Numbered from the whole stretch's first letter, positions 26,539 through 40,381 are shown. The stretch is 58,525 nucleotides of DNA, filler included, from Basidiobolus ranarum (GCA_040143965.1; 6 parts of 6 records of this genome joined end to end with filler, not necessarily neighbours in it), one strand, 5' to 3'. Made by a program: numbers and translations. The notes: generated by a model from the letters alone, not told the origin.

Positions 26539-26904
26539 ATGTATCCTTTCAATATCTTCAACAAATCCGAAACTCGCAAGAGCATCAAGCAGCAGAAATC
26601 CAGTATCAGAAACTCTTCTGACTACGCCCCTATCCCAACCTTCGACACCCATAGCTTGAACACTAACTCAACCTTATCACTCGACTCAGCAGTCACTGTT
26701 AGTGCTGAGGTGTTCGATGAGCTGGAGTGTATTTTGGAGCGCACAATCAGAACCCGTTATACCAAACAAGATGTTCATCTGAGTCCCGTTCAAGAATACG
26801 ACCTGGAGTTAGCCAAACTCGCTGGACTTTTGGAAAGAGGAGAAAAGCGCCGCCTGGAGTCTCAGGATTGCAACTCAACTTTGATTAGTAAAATCAAGCT
26901 CTAA
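26539..26904 (+). CDS. Small uncharacterised protein, paralog 3 of 4
   Basis: Aligns end to end with 25411-25791 (SSDYAPIPT, NT.STLS, LERTIRTRYT.QDVHLS, DLELAKL.GLLERGEK.RLE.QDCNST), with many synonymous differences and no frame disruption. Confidence 0.85.
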   Translation: MYPFNIFNKSETRKSIKQQKSSIRNSSDYAPIPTFDTHSLNTNSTLSLDSAVTVSAEVFDELECILERTIRTRYTKQDVHLSPVQEYDLELAKLAGLLERGEKRRLESQDCNSTLISKIKL

Positions 26905-28467
26905 TTAACCAAGTCAAAGATTCCCAGCAATATACCCCTTGGCCAATGTATATAACAGCCCCCCAAAACTTGGATAGCAACCGATTAAATGTAAATAACC
27001 CAAGTGTGTACTATGTAAAGTAAAACTTACCCTCAATTAACCGCCTTGAAAATTCACCCATAATCAAATAAATCAATCTTCCGATACCTCACATCAGCTT
27101 AAATTGAAGAGTGATTTGGGAAACCCACGATCTACTGCACTTATTATTACCTATTGCACCTGTTTATCACTGACTCTATATTTCTCGTGAATAGATGGTC
27201 AAACTCGAACTACAACGATCCCTGAATGTTGAACTCATTTCCAGGTACCGGAAGACTTCGTGCTTAGCTGTAATTGATGTTGGAAACCAGCACAAGTCTA
27301 TAGGATTGAGCTATATGATAGAACTGAGATTCGATCTAATGCTAGAGATGGATTGACTGATCAGGATTGATAAAGACATCAACAGAGAAAGCTGACTAAA
27401 CGATTCGCATGCGATGAGTAGTGGCCCTGAGTGGTTGTATCCACTCATGTTAAAGCTGCCTATATGCTTCATATCATGACTTTACAGCTGATTCACTCAG
27501 TGATACAGACTGTTCAAGGATCCTTAATGGAACCACTAATGACTAACAATATTTTGTCGAAACTCATTTGAAATGACCAGTTTCCACCAGTAACCCAATC
27601 CACATCACTGATCTCAAACTCGATGTTCCACCTTTTCGGACACAGCGCTAAAATAAGGTTAGTCGAGTTCCAATCCATTTTTCATACAAGCGGTGGCTAA
27701 AACAAATCTCGACCGTAAGCTTTCACGTACGACGAACCTATTGGTCTCCAAGTGAGGTGGCGATCTGTTCAAGCAACTAAGATATATGACAAAGCACTGA
27801 AGGAGATGATTTGTTGATCACATTCAATCTCTGGGTAAAGCACATAAATTTGGTTAACCTATCACTTACACTAATTCATCGATGTGACTAGACCTCGCAG
27901 AATCTACAGATCTATGCTGTCCTATGATCAAACATACCGACAATTGCTAGATTAGGGTGGGTGGTGTAACGTATGCCAAATGGTTCAAACACTTGAACTA
28001 TTCGCAGTCTAAACTAATGCAGCCATTGTGAGAGTTGGAGCCAAAAATAATCCCATTTGAGAAAGATCCTGTCGCAAATGTTGGATTCTATTGGTTATTT
28101 AATGGGTCATTTGTGGGTAAGGCGTTCACGAATTCGGGTTTTCTAGATTCATATGAACATCTTGTGGGCGTAGTACAGATACCGTGTTCACAAAAGATGC
28201 CCTTTCTGGAACAAGTGTCATATTATTGCTGCATAATAATATCGAAATTTAATTGTTCAGTGATTTAAGCCAGTGTTGGAATTCATGTAGGGTGAAGTAT
28301 GAGATCATTGGTGTTTATTAGATTGAATTGAGGTTCTCACGATCAAATATTCATTATAAATAAGTTAAAAAGATGGACGTGCATGTGTATATGTATGAAA
28401 ATTTACATTTTAACAAGGTAAAATACAAAAGTACAGGGGGAATGACACCGAGTAAATTACAGCATCC

Positions 28468-28800
28468 TCATGAGAGTACTGAGAAATCTTGGTAGTCGAA
28501 CCGACGCGTCAGCCCACGAGTAAGTAGCGCCGTCAACGCAGCCAATTCCAGCTCGAGCTCCTTCTCCGGGGTCAGTTCCACATCCTGTTCCTTGTAGCGC
28601 TGCAGACCGGGCCGGTCGAACATCCAGGCAAACTCATCCTGGATATCCTGGATGTTTGAAAGAAGTTTCTCGCTGGGTAAAGGTAGCGTCGAACTCGAAT
28701 TCAATTTGGCGAATTTCTCATTTCCATAGTTAGGATGGGATTTGGTGATGAATTTCGGCAAAGATAGAGATTTAAAGACGAGAAACTTTGGGCAGACCAT
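28468..28800 (-). CDS. Small uncharacterised protein, paralog 4 of 4 (inverted)
   Basis: Core FAWMFDRPGLQRYKEQDVELTPEKELELELAALTALLTRGLTRRFDYQD. A minus-strand TATAAA at about 28858-28863 favours ATG 28800 over 28851. Confidence 0.8.
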   Translation of the reverse strand: MVCPKFLVFKSLSLPKFITKSHPNYGNEKFAKLNSSSTLPLPSEKLLSNIQDIQDEFAWMFDRPGLQRYKEQDVELTPEKELELELAALTALLTRGLTRRFDYQDFSVLS

Positions 28801-29273
28801 ATTCCACAAGATGAGTGCGAGACGAAAAATAACTACCATCGGAATCGACATGTACTATTTATACTAAAATTGCTAGTTCAGTCCCCTCACATGATATCAT
28901 TACTCTTATATTATATAGCTTAATATGAAACTAATTCTTGGCCTGTTCAACCTTACACAAACTTTGGGATGATCAGTAGATCAGGATTGGTGTCCGGATT
29001 TGAAGTGTCAAATGAGTGAAACCTAGCATCGGCACTTGTTAGTGGCCAAATTGGTTTCAACTACTAACCGGAAGAGTTGTTGGACGACTAGAGATGATTT
29101 GAAAGCATTCGATGAACTTTCCTCGAATCGAACACTATACAGAGCTCTGAATTAACTCTTCGTAGTAAATGAAATTAGTTGATTGACCTAAACTCAGGCT
29201 TATTTCGATGGTGACGATGTATGCACTCAAGTGTTGAGGTAACTCAGAAATTTGTCGGCAAGCTGTGCCACGT

Positions 29274-29373
29274 NNNNNNNNNNNNNNNNNNNNNNNNNNN
29301 NNNNNNNNNNNNNNNNNTTAATTAATTAANNNNNNNNNNNNNNNNNNNNNNNNNNNNNNNNNNNNNNNNNNNN
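29274..29373. other. Artificial contig linker
   Basis: N44-TTAATTAATTAA-N44. Confidence 0.98.
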
Positions 29374-31562
29374 ATTCCAAAGCTCGTATTGACTACTGAA
29401 TCGCTGTCCAGTGCTACTTGTTATACTGCCTCCCACTAGATTGATCCGTATGTTTAAATCAATAACTGATCCGCTAACTAATATTATTATACAAAGAACA
29501 TGAAAGTCAGATTCTACCTAAGACATGTAGTAAACAAGTATTTTAACCCAGTCAATTTTCCTGGTCAAGGTTCAAAATGCAAGCAGCAACTTCTCAATTA
29601 CAATACATTACGTAAATTACAAATTAAACAGATTGTAATGGAACATCATATCTTATCCGCATGCATAATATGGCATCATGTCTACTCCGCACCTTCATTG
29701 GTTGTCGCATAAAATAAACTTTTCCGATCTTCTTGGCATCAAATATGTTGGAGCGATCACTGTACCTAGTTATATACGTATATGTATGGACCTAGTGCGC
29801 AGTGCTATATGCGTATATATATGTACTTGGTGCTATAGTATCGCTTGATTACTCTTTTCAGTTTCAATATCTAATCGTGGGTCGTATATGGCGAGCGAGG
29901 CGGCAGTGTTTAGATTGCCTGCAGCACTTAATTACAGACGACACTTGACTTTATCTTATCGAATAGCTGACTTGATAAATGGAGAATCTTTAATGCTTGA
30001 TTTTGATATTGATTTTAGTATTCTATCTGTTATGTACGTCATCTGTACTCCTACTTTTGCCGAACATCCCCAGTAAGCCAATCATCCGTACTTGTGGATA
30101 ATGAAATAACAGTCGAGATTTTCATCCTCCGAAAGCATTCTCTTAATGGGATGTTCTCTAGTGCACAATCACAATTTAGAAAGTTGACTAGACTAAATCC
30201 AAATTTCCATAAGCATAAGGAAATATAGAGTTGGCCTTTTCAAGTGACGAGGCAAGTAATATTGATCGCAGCCTTGTAAAACAACAGATTATCATTAATG
30301 GGTTTGCTGAAGATTGGGCACAACTTGGTAATACAAAGCGCCAAAGTCAAATCCCAGAATTCTTATCGCTCTCTAATTCCTCCTCCTTAATGGTCCATAG
30401 TCGTGTGAGTCAAAACGGATAAATTATGACAAACAGTAGATCTCCTTGTTTGTCTGGTAGATGGTGGATGATGGCCGTCATTTCCATTCCTTGACAGTTT
30501 CTTACAATAGCCACTTGCCCCTCTTTCCATCAATCCATAATGATTGTATGTTGCTGGACTTCATGCGGGCTTCTGTTGATTCGTCGAGTTACTAAGCTAA
30601 GTGTACGATGTACACTGATGATCAGCAATTGTATTTGTTACCTTGGGTTTGACATCATCGATTATGTACAGGTGAATATCTCTAATACAGCTAGCACACA
30701 CAGTTAGCACGCACTACCAATTTCTTATTAGTGTGCTAATTGAACCTTAACTTTTCTTTCCATAAATGGAAGTGCTTCTACCAGCTCACGCTTTACGAAC
30801 CCGCAGAATGAAGAGTCTAGATTCTTCAACGTTGCTCAATGTAACCAAGAAGACAAGAAGTTATTCTGGATTAGAGCTCCAGTGAGATTTCAAATAGAGT
30901 TCTTTATATATATATAAGATACTCATTTAGAATGCTCACTTATATAGTAATAATCTATAACATCCAAATTACCATTACCCCACTGAGCATTTGACTAGAA
31001 AAGAAATAATGGGGCGTTCACTTTAACTATTGGAGCCTATTTTGGTTCCTGAACGATCATGTGTCCAATGAACAATTTCTGATAATGAGTTCTCTCGAAA
31101 TGCGAAATGATTTACAAATTGGATTTCCGGTGGAAGATTCTTTCGAGCCATGTTTCAACCTATACTGAACTATTCTTCTATTCAACGCATGCATAAATGT
31201 ATAACTCTAGTATTGGAGTACAGTTAGTGAATTGATTTTTAGTAAATGACAGTATATATATGTACAAGTGCAAGTGTAAGTGTAAATACAAATGCACTAC
31301 TGGTTGACCTCAATCTGATTCGTATAACTTAACCCTAACTACTTACGAGTCCATTAGAAGAGGTGATCTGAACCCAAATTACTTGCTATTTTGATTGATG
31401 ATTACAAATTGACTTTAATCGAGTTGATTCGTTTAGGTTAGTCTCGATGATATAGAAAGCAACTCAGTTCAACTGATTCGGTTCAATTCTGTGTGTAAAA
31501 GTAAAGTTGATGTAACAGTTCAACTCCCGGTGACATAGTATTTTGGTAACCTTGTCGTTAAG

Positions 31563-31667
31563 AGTACAGAAGTATTCAATCACAATGCGAATATCCTTCA
31601 TTATAGTACAGAGGTATTCAATCGCAACACCGATATGCTTCAATTACAGTACAAACAATTACAGTAC
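31563..31667. repeat. Imperfect ~42-bp tandem duplication upstream of the C2H2 gene
   Basis: AGTACAGAAGTATTCAATCACAATGCGAATATCCTTCATTAT / AGTACAGAGGTATTCAATCGCAACACCGATATGCTTCAATTAC, then partial AGTAC copies. Confidence 0.7.
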
Positions 31668-31938
31668 CGAGTTTTTAACTTCATTTTGTTACGCAAACGT
31701 ATCGAATCCTGGCTAATCAATCAAGTCCATTGGATACACTCTCTTGGATAGATAATTGGGACAAAATTCCTCTTGATTTGCGGATTCTTATTTGTGAAAC
31801 CTTGCCTCGTTCCGCTCTATCTGAGTTCACTATCGAAATTAGATAAAAGGAAGGAGGTAAGCCAACTTCTCATTATTTCATCCTCATTCCACCTGACATC
31901 CTGATAGCTTCTCTACATTCAACGTCACAACAATCATA

Positions 31939-33108
31939 ATGCCGCTCTCACAATCCGGAAACTCCAATTATAATATATACACATCGAAATCACATGATAT
32001 GAATGTTGAGGGCTGGTTTTATACTGGAAGCAACTCACTTTTATCAACAGGTAATAAACATCTTCAAAGATAAAGACAAAGGAAATCACACTGACCTCAT
32101 TCCTATTATTTCATAGACTACTACGAAAAGCAAAACCACGCGTACATCATGAACTCACTTCCACCAGCATACTATAACGTCGATCAAATTCCTTGTTCTG
32201 GCCTAACTGAATACATTGACAAGCCTCGCATGGCTTCTGTCAGCTTTCCCGTCAATGGTTCAGTACCAAATTCTGACACTGGACTACTTAATCAGCCACC
32301 CAGTCGAAAGCGGGCAAGTATGCCCTATTTGAGTCCCCACGAACACTACAGTCACTCCCCGGAACTTGAAATCCCACAACATAACCTCAACACAATATTG
32401 GATACTTCCCTCTTCCTACAACCATCAGAATCGCATAAGAGCAATTCTTTCTGTTTAACCCCAGAATTTAGTTCTAGTGGGTCAGCCTCACCAGACCCAT
32501 CACCACAGTTCGATCCATTCTTTGATCATTCTTCAGTTGGATTTCTTGGAGAAACCAAATTTGCGCATGATATTATAAGCTCAAATTCCAAATCCAATCA
32601 GTTCATCAGTGAAACAGAGCAGTTTATCAAAGAGATGCCAAATCTCAATAGCCCTATCCTTTCATCGGAGTCATATGAACTCCCGACCATGGAACCAACT
32701 CGTAAGATTTCGGCTGACACCGGGCTCGACTCTATTCCTAATAAGATCAAATTCATACATTGCAATCCATCTAAAGGCATTCACTCATCTACGTCCAAGG
32801 CCATTCGCTACTATCCGGGCGCCTTGAATGATCCTAAATTTGGAAATATTTCGAACCTACCATTCAATGTTGTAGATGGCTTAGATTCACAGGACAATTC
32901 AAGGAACTCTAAAGAAAAGAAGGGGCATTTCTGTCCTTACTGTTCTCGTCATTTCCGTCGTAGACATGATCTTCATAGACATATTCGACTACACACTGGC
33001 GAGAGACCTTACAGCTGTGATATTTGTACAAAAGCCTTTTACCGTACAGATGCCCTCAAGAGACATTATCGCTCCGAACATAAAATATCTCTGCCGGTCA
33101 AATCCTAA
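31939..33108 (+). CDS. C2H2 zinc-finger transcription factor (two C-terminal fingers); exons 31939-32050, 32117-33108
   Basis: CPYCSRHFRRRHDLHRHIRLHTGERPYSCDICTKAFYRTDALKRHYRSEH. The upstream exon joins in frame through a GTAATA...CTGAC...TAG intron. Confidence 0.9.
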
Positions 33109-36100
33109 GATCATTGTTAACACTTTGGTTTTATTATTATAATATTGTATGTGTTATTAGATTTTACATGTTTTATTTAGAGAAGCTTTTTACTGTCTGT
33201 TCTTCCTAGTTGCTATGTAACAGCGATGAAAGCTCATCATCGTATTAGTTAGTTCAATTGTATTTTCCAATCTTGAAGTATTATTCCCTGAAGGTTTATT
33301 TGTATTTTGTAAATATCTCTCCAATTATTAAATCATACGTTTTCAATTCTCGCAATCCATCTCTCTTCTCTTCATATCTTGATACCCTTACTGCAAATTC
33401 TTTCATGGATAGAGTTGGGGATATGACATGATCAAACCTGACTTGAACCAACAACTCGCATTCATCGCACACACATGATACACTTCCCACACACTTCCAT
33501 ATATATGTAATGGACATCCTCAATTGTCAATCAATTCGCAAGGAGCCTTGGCGGTGATACTAGGGTCTCTGTTTAAATCAAATCCAGTTTAAGTCCATTA
33601 CACTAAATGAAAATCTGTTAAGTATCACATGATGTCTCAACCTTTATGTTGTCATCTTCAACATCACTCAAATATAGAAGAAACTCCCCAATAGTGAGCT
33701 ATATTGGGCCGGGAATCATGCATGAAAGTTGATGAAATTGGTGCACCATATAATTCGCAATCAAGTACGGCAAGTTCCTAGACTTGACTAAAGCAACTGG
33801 CGGTATATGTGGTTTGGAAATCGAACTCTTAAAAAGTGATAATTACTCGCATTCTATCGTGTCGTACTTGGTTTGACTTTATCTAATTGAATGTTTATTC
33901 TTAATTCTCTACTTCTGCAGTAGAACCTGCACAGAAATTCAATTCAATTGAATGCTCACTCTTGACCAGATTTAGTGCCAAAACGATCATCATGTCTCAG
34001 ATAACATTTCCATCACGTGCGCATGGGAACCCTCTAGCTCTATCACAGGCTGGCAACTAGATCATACCTGGATTCATTGGATGGATAAAAGTAATAAATC
34101 CATCACGTTGACACACTGAAAACTCAAAAGCGGATGTAGTTTGATTGGTATATGCATGCATGCATCAGGCACGCTGACTAAGTAATTACGTCGAGTGAAA
34201 ATGGCCATTATCCCACAAAATCAAGGGGTAAACACGAGGAATTATTTGAGGAGTGGATGACCTCTTATCGGTGAATCATAACTAATTAAGAAAACCCGAA
34301 GCTTGGAACCCGTAGCTCGTAACTTGTAATTATTGTGGAGATATCGTTTGCGCCGCTCTAATGATTTCATTGATATATTAGATTAGTAACCGTGGTTGTT
34401 GAACATATAGTCGTGTGGACCTATTATTGTCAACAGAAATGGACTGAATTTGGAGTGAGCGATATGTCAGTAATCGAATGCGGCGTCGCAAGTGAGCATT
34501 GTACTTGTTGAATTCGCCCAGAGTGTTCATACCCCAAGTTGCGAGACCTAACATTCCTTTATTTGAACGATTGTTTGTTGCACAAAGCCAAACCCATTTA
34601 CTAGCTGCATAAGAAAAGGACTTATTTTCACACGGACCATGACTGAGGCAGAGCTGTAAAACGTATCCATGTGGACATGTCACTAAAACTGACCATATTT
34701 GTATTCGAGTATCCCAATAAGTAGGATATCCCCTGAATGCCTCAAATCCATCACCCATGTAAAATCGTCATGGACAATGGCAAAAGGTATTTCCAGAGAA
34801 TATTTAGATACGGATTTGGATCAGACAGATGAAATTTTCTCTACACATTGAGATTCGGATAATGTAGATAAGGATTATTTCATGAATCATCACTTCTTAT
34901 TGACATGGCGATCCATTCCAGCTTTATATTAGGATATGTAGGGAATACGTTGAAATTGTGGGATAGTCCAATTCTGTTGGATACAAGTTTACTTTATGAC
35001 GATGGTATTTACCGAGATCTGCCACTGGCCACCATTTAAATTGTAAATTTTGAAACCCACGTTCACTCTCCGTTAGTGTCAACTCACTTGACCTTTACAT
35101 CATAAAACCTTAAGTGAAATGACTTAACTGACTTGGCATACTATTTTGATCGTTCCGCAGTATGTAGATTTTACTGTATGTTTTGCTGATGAATCTATAT
35201 TGAAACAACGCATGTTGGGTTAATTCCTTATCATATTTTATTTCACAAAGAAAGTAAATCCATATCCTCAGTATCGTGGGATGTTGAAGAAGCAAGATAT
35301 ACTAGTGTAAATGCAATAGAATTGTGTATTCCATGGAATCACCTTTAGATACATGAACTGTACACCATGGTTAGTCATTTGATCGATTGAATTCCATACA
35401 TGTAGGTATTTCTCCGATGTCAAAGTAAACTCATAAGCCAATATTGTTAGTAGTCCATATGGATAAAGTCTGCAATGCAAAGTAATATGATCTTGGGAAA
35501 GTTGAGTGAATATATGATTTTTAATCTTCAGTTAATCCCGCCAATTCCGACTCTAATATCAAATCAATTCTTATTAGGTGGGATGCAGCTATTTAATTTC
35601 CGGGTGGCTACTTCTACTGTGTAGTCTTGTACATAGAAATTATGCATTCATATGCTTCAATTCCTCTACTCATTGTTTCCACTTTAGTATTTTACTTGGG
35701 TACTTGGCAATATCGTTAGAGTGAACATATCAACCTCGTTTGTGGTGAAAGTTGTCTATTATTAGATTGTGACCTTAGAATTCAGCCCATTTATTATGAG
35801 GCTTTACTGTTTCACAACAGCTTCCTTCATCCTGGGGTTGTGACATATAGCCAGAAGAACTTGAATATGTTCATGATAAATACAAAAAATATGGCATTCA
35901 AGTTGAATACAAAAATGGCCGCGAAACAAAGACAATTCCCTAGTAAAATGGATTCCGAAGATGTGAGACCAAGTTATATACATATTCTATTTGCAATGAT
36001 TCAACCTTTCTCAGGAAAAGCATTAGCACTAATATTTCAAGACTTCGATAGAATTCAAGTCAAAAGATATTTTCGATGAAAGGAACTATATCCGCTTATA

Positions 36101-39034
36101 CTGATGAACAACTTATGGAATGACAGAATCCTACCAACACACTTGTTGGTGTTGTAATCAACATAGTCTAAACACCTATATAGTCATATATAGCTTTGTA
36201 GTTAGTTTTCCATATTTCACTAAGATATCACCCACTATTCTCAAGAGGAATTTACATAGAAGACTTTTCAAACTTGTTCTAGAAGCCCCAAACTTTTCAC
36301 ACATGTTTCTGGGACCTTCCTTAACGCATTCAACATGTTTATTTGCTTACACCTTGACAAAAATATAAGTGGCAATTTTCTACGCAGACAATCAATAAGT
36401 GAAAACCATCAATCCTTCTAGTTCTGCTAACCACTTCCAACAAACTCCTAGACTACTTCAGCAGTCAGTAAATTACAAAGATGATGAGATATAGTTTGAT
36501 TTGCGAGTTAATACTGAATTCTAAGCATACTTTCATATATCGTGTTTCAACTTACAACTCTCTCCAAAATACAGTCAGCCAAGTGCTTTATACATTTGAT
36601 AAGTCAATATGAATGAGCACCTAGTATACTGAGGATAAACTATGAAAGTAGACATTAATCAAATTCTTAAATATGTAAAAGCCCTTGCTGTATCCGTATT
36701 GCATCTAAAAATTAGATGCACTGTCAGCGGTTATTAAGCTTGACTGGGCAAATGCTGATCAAGTATTTGGAATTTCGGATCCAGATAGATCTCGGATATC
36801 GGCTCGTCTTAAAGCCGAAGTTAAAGGCCGATTTATCGCAGAGGTTCTTCACCCACAGTATAAACACAAGTAATATTATCAATATCGAATTTAACTGTTA
36901 GCATTGAATGTGAAATTTGGATGTTGTACTCTGACCATATAATTAATTGAAAATACTTCACATAGGTAATTATGAGGACTTACTACAAAGGACTTCAGAA
37001 ATGAACACATTGTCCAGCGTTTCTTTAAAGCTTACTCAAATACCAAAAGGGTGAACTTGTTTGAGTATATAATGATTGTATTTACATGATTTGATTAAGA
37101 AATCCCACTGATAACTGAGATTGAGTAGCCCAATGGTTTCAGTTAGTATTCACTTAAACTAGAAATAATTATTGAACACAAGATAAGAATCTTACAGATA
37201 CCAATGGATCTTCTCCTACAAGCACCATTTTAAGAATGATTTTGGTTGTTTTCAATAGAATGTCTTGCTGAATTTATTATTATTCCAATAATATGCAAAT
37301 AGAACTCTTCTAAATTGCTGTTAGACATGTATTTTGAATAATTATACATGATCGGATAACTGCTTAAATATACCGCAATTTCTATCTCTCCACTGACAAT
37401 CACATGTACCAGTCCGGATAATTCATGTATAAGTTAATCAGGTTTATGGAATTACTAATAGATCAAATCCCGATTCAAGGTATTGTTCACATCGGTACCA
37501 GCCAGAACAAGATTAATGGTAATACAAATTAGAGTGAAACATATGATTTACCACATAATTGAAATATTGTTTTAGAGTGATAGTTAGCAACTCGTTTTGC
37601 ATTTCATAGGTTAAAGAGATATTCCTCACAGCCAAAGTGAATAGATTTCCATAGGGTGTGGGATGAGCATGAGACCGTTGGATATCATGGCTTTACTACT
37701 TGCATGTATTCACTAACTGTCCTGTAAGTGTTGGTCACATTCCATCTCGCTACCTGACAATCAAGATTATCAACATTCATTCCAGTATCGATTTCCTTAA
37801 TTCTCACGCTTATATCATCAACATTTACGTCAATATTCAAGATCAATGTAATGGTGCCTGTATTGGCTCCTATCCATTAACACTCTAATTTCAAATCCTG
37901 CAAGCCAAGTCGGTATACCATGTATATAGCAAGATTATGACTAATAGATATAGAAAGGTATATGCTGAAGAAGTGGATCCCAGACTTCCGCCAGACTGTG
38001 CTTCGCAAATAATAATACGAACCATCATAAATGTCACTATATAGCGAAGTAATTACAAAACACCACCAAATCTACCAGAATGGGTCTAAACTATAGCTGT
38101 TGTTACTCCTAAATGGCATCATAATAGACATACTACAGTGGCAATGCTATTAATAGATCTCAGTTTACGATTGTAATGGTAAGAGATAGGTATGGTTCAA
38201 GATCTAAAAAGATGGGTTGCCTAACAAGACGCACTACTATAGCTGGTTATGTAGATATTGAGGTGAGTGGACTGGATGAAAGTGTTTGAAATAGTGTTCC
38301 AATTCTCAATTTTTATAAATCAAATGGATACCTTTACCTACTATACTTTAACTTTTCAAAGTGATGCTGCTAACTCTATGCTCCCCATAATTATGCAAAT
38401 CCAACAATCAACCACTTGCACTATCGAATTAATTACTTGCACAAACAAGTTAGTAGTTTATAATATGACTAGACTCAAAGCAGTACCTTCACGGTAACCT
38501 TACCCACTGAAATATGAAAGTAAAAATAAGCATTGCTGTAGGACTGACTAAGTGAATGAATTGTAGTTATAGTTGTACAAACATCTGGGCCAGGCTCTGG
38601 TCACCTTCAATAATGCTTATTGTTAATCAAATAGATCTAAATATGTTGAATATTTATAACTGTTAAATCATCGAAGTATATATTAACTATTATTGGCCTG
38701 GATGATAAAACTGACTGTGACTCTGGATATGTGCAACCGTTATGGGGAGGTTTTTCAAGTGTTACGCAACATCATTAATATACTTTCTAAAGTGATGTCA
38801 TAAGAATATGTAACAGCTTAATATTAAGAACTAGATTGAGATAACTGACTGTCCACCCAAATAATGTTGCTGTTAAAGTATTTTGGGAGCCTGTTGGATG
38901 TGGTTTGGAGAATTAGAGAAATAGGTGGTTTTCACTTATTGATTTATTGAGTATTCAGTTGACATTTATAGTTTTGTCAAGATGTAAATCAACTAATGTG
39001 TTGAATGTGTTATGGAAGGTCCCAGGAACATGTG

Positions 39035-39134
39035 NNNNNNNNNNNNNNNNNNNNNNNNNNNNNNNNNNNNNNNNNNNNTTAATTAATTAANNNNNNNNNN
39101 NNNNNNNNNNNNNNNNNNNNNNNNNNNNNNNNNN
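39035..39134. other. Artificial contig linker
   Basis: N44-TTAATTAATTAA-N44. Confidence 0.98.
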
Positions 39135-40381
39135 TTTCGGCATTGGTTTGGGTATCAACAGTTGATAGCCGTGATGAACTTCCGGAGGATCTTATTGAGC
39201 TTGGGCGCTTATTACTCTTACCCTTATTGCGACGATTAATCCAAGTCTTCAATCTCCTGTAAAAAGAAAAAGAGATAGTGAGTTTTTCTTAGTCTCTGAA
39301 GAAAAAAGGAATAGAATGAACTCACGATACGAATGGTATAATCATGTAATAGCGATTTGTAGATTTGGAAGAGCCTGTGTTTTGAGCTGCTATGTCGTAT
39401 ATGCCAGAATTGCCAGCTTTAGTTTTAGAGGTAGGAAGGTCTGAGATTCGGTGCCAATCTATTTTCTACGCGAAAAGTTTAATATACTCATATCGGCTAG
39501 TTGATCAAAAGCTCTAAATTAACAACTTACGCTAATTTCTTTTCGAGTCAGAGGAACAAAGATGGTACTTTCAGGAATACCAGTAGCAATAAATAACTTA
39601 ATTCTTTGTTCATGAATTACAATCTCAATAAACTGGTCTTCTTCTAAATAGGAGCCAATATCAAAGCCCGTCTCTTCCAACACCTATTAAAACAAAATTT
39701 CGATGGCTATTCTTACAAAAAGGGTCCTAAAGGTAGAAAAAAATTACCTCGCGTATAGCACAAGAAGAATCAGGTTCATCCTTATTGATTTTACCCCTAG
39801 GGAAGCCCCAGCCAGAACGAGAGGTCCAGCCTTTTACCAAAAGACACTATCCATAAAGTGTTACGACTTTTACAATTTGAGAATTCATCCTTGTAATGCT
39901 AACCTTATCTTGAGTTTCATTCAAGATGATGGCACCGCAGACAGGCACGCGAAATTTGTACTGCAAGAAATCGTTAAAAGCTTTTTCGTGCTCATGAGCC
40001 CACTGGTGAAGTAGAGGGCAATGTCTAAAGAGTGAGAAGAGTTAAGGGTATACGGCTACAGAATATACTGAGTTAAACACGTAAAAATAGAAGCAAAAGG
40101 ATATTTTTCGCGGAAAAATTCTTCAAAGTAAAAGTGGGCAGAGAAGTATTGATTTCTCTAATAAAATCTTCATAAAACCAATGAGCTTGTTCAATTTGAA
40201 AACAGATGCGCTCTACTGAAGCAAGCTCTTCATCTGGTACGTTTATAATGAATCGACTTTAAGGGAAAATATTAGTATGCTTACTTTTAACCGTTAGCGC
40301 GTTCAGTTAGATTTATTAAGCATTAGCTAACCTGCACAGATCATCCAAGATGACGGATAAGGAAGCCACCTCAAAATACAT
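39135..40381 (-). CDS. DCP2: mRNA decapping enzyme Dcp2 (Box A + Nudix), at least 7 short exons, 3'-truncated; missed by the ORF track
   Basis: Spliced translation: [48 protein letters not shown]...FSAKIFRHCPLL...[14 protein letters not shown]...CLLVKGW...[30 protein letters not shown]...[13 protein letters not shown]. Confidence 0.95.
40032..40104 (-). other. U12-type (minor spliceosome) AT-AC intron in DCP2, 73 nt
   Basis: 5' site ATATCCTTTT, branch CCCTTAAC about 10 nt from a CAC 3' end. Removing it restores FSAK-I-FRHCP in frame. Confidence 0.92.

Noticed and set aside
31563-31667. Short repeats as a possible CRISPR-like array
   Set aside because: Two contiguous imperfect units with no unique spacers; an ordinary tandem duplication in a eukaryote.
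33300-39034. Short ORFs in the gene-poor half of contig 4 (likewise 10392-13200 and 16260-17006)
   Set aside because: No recognisable domains or consistent splice patterns; treated as non-coding. I could not recognise any tRNA or rRNA in the window.
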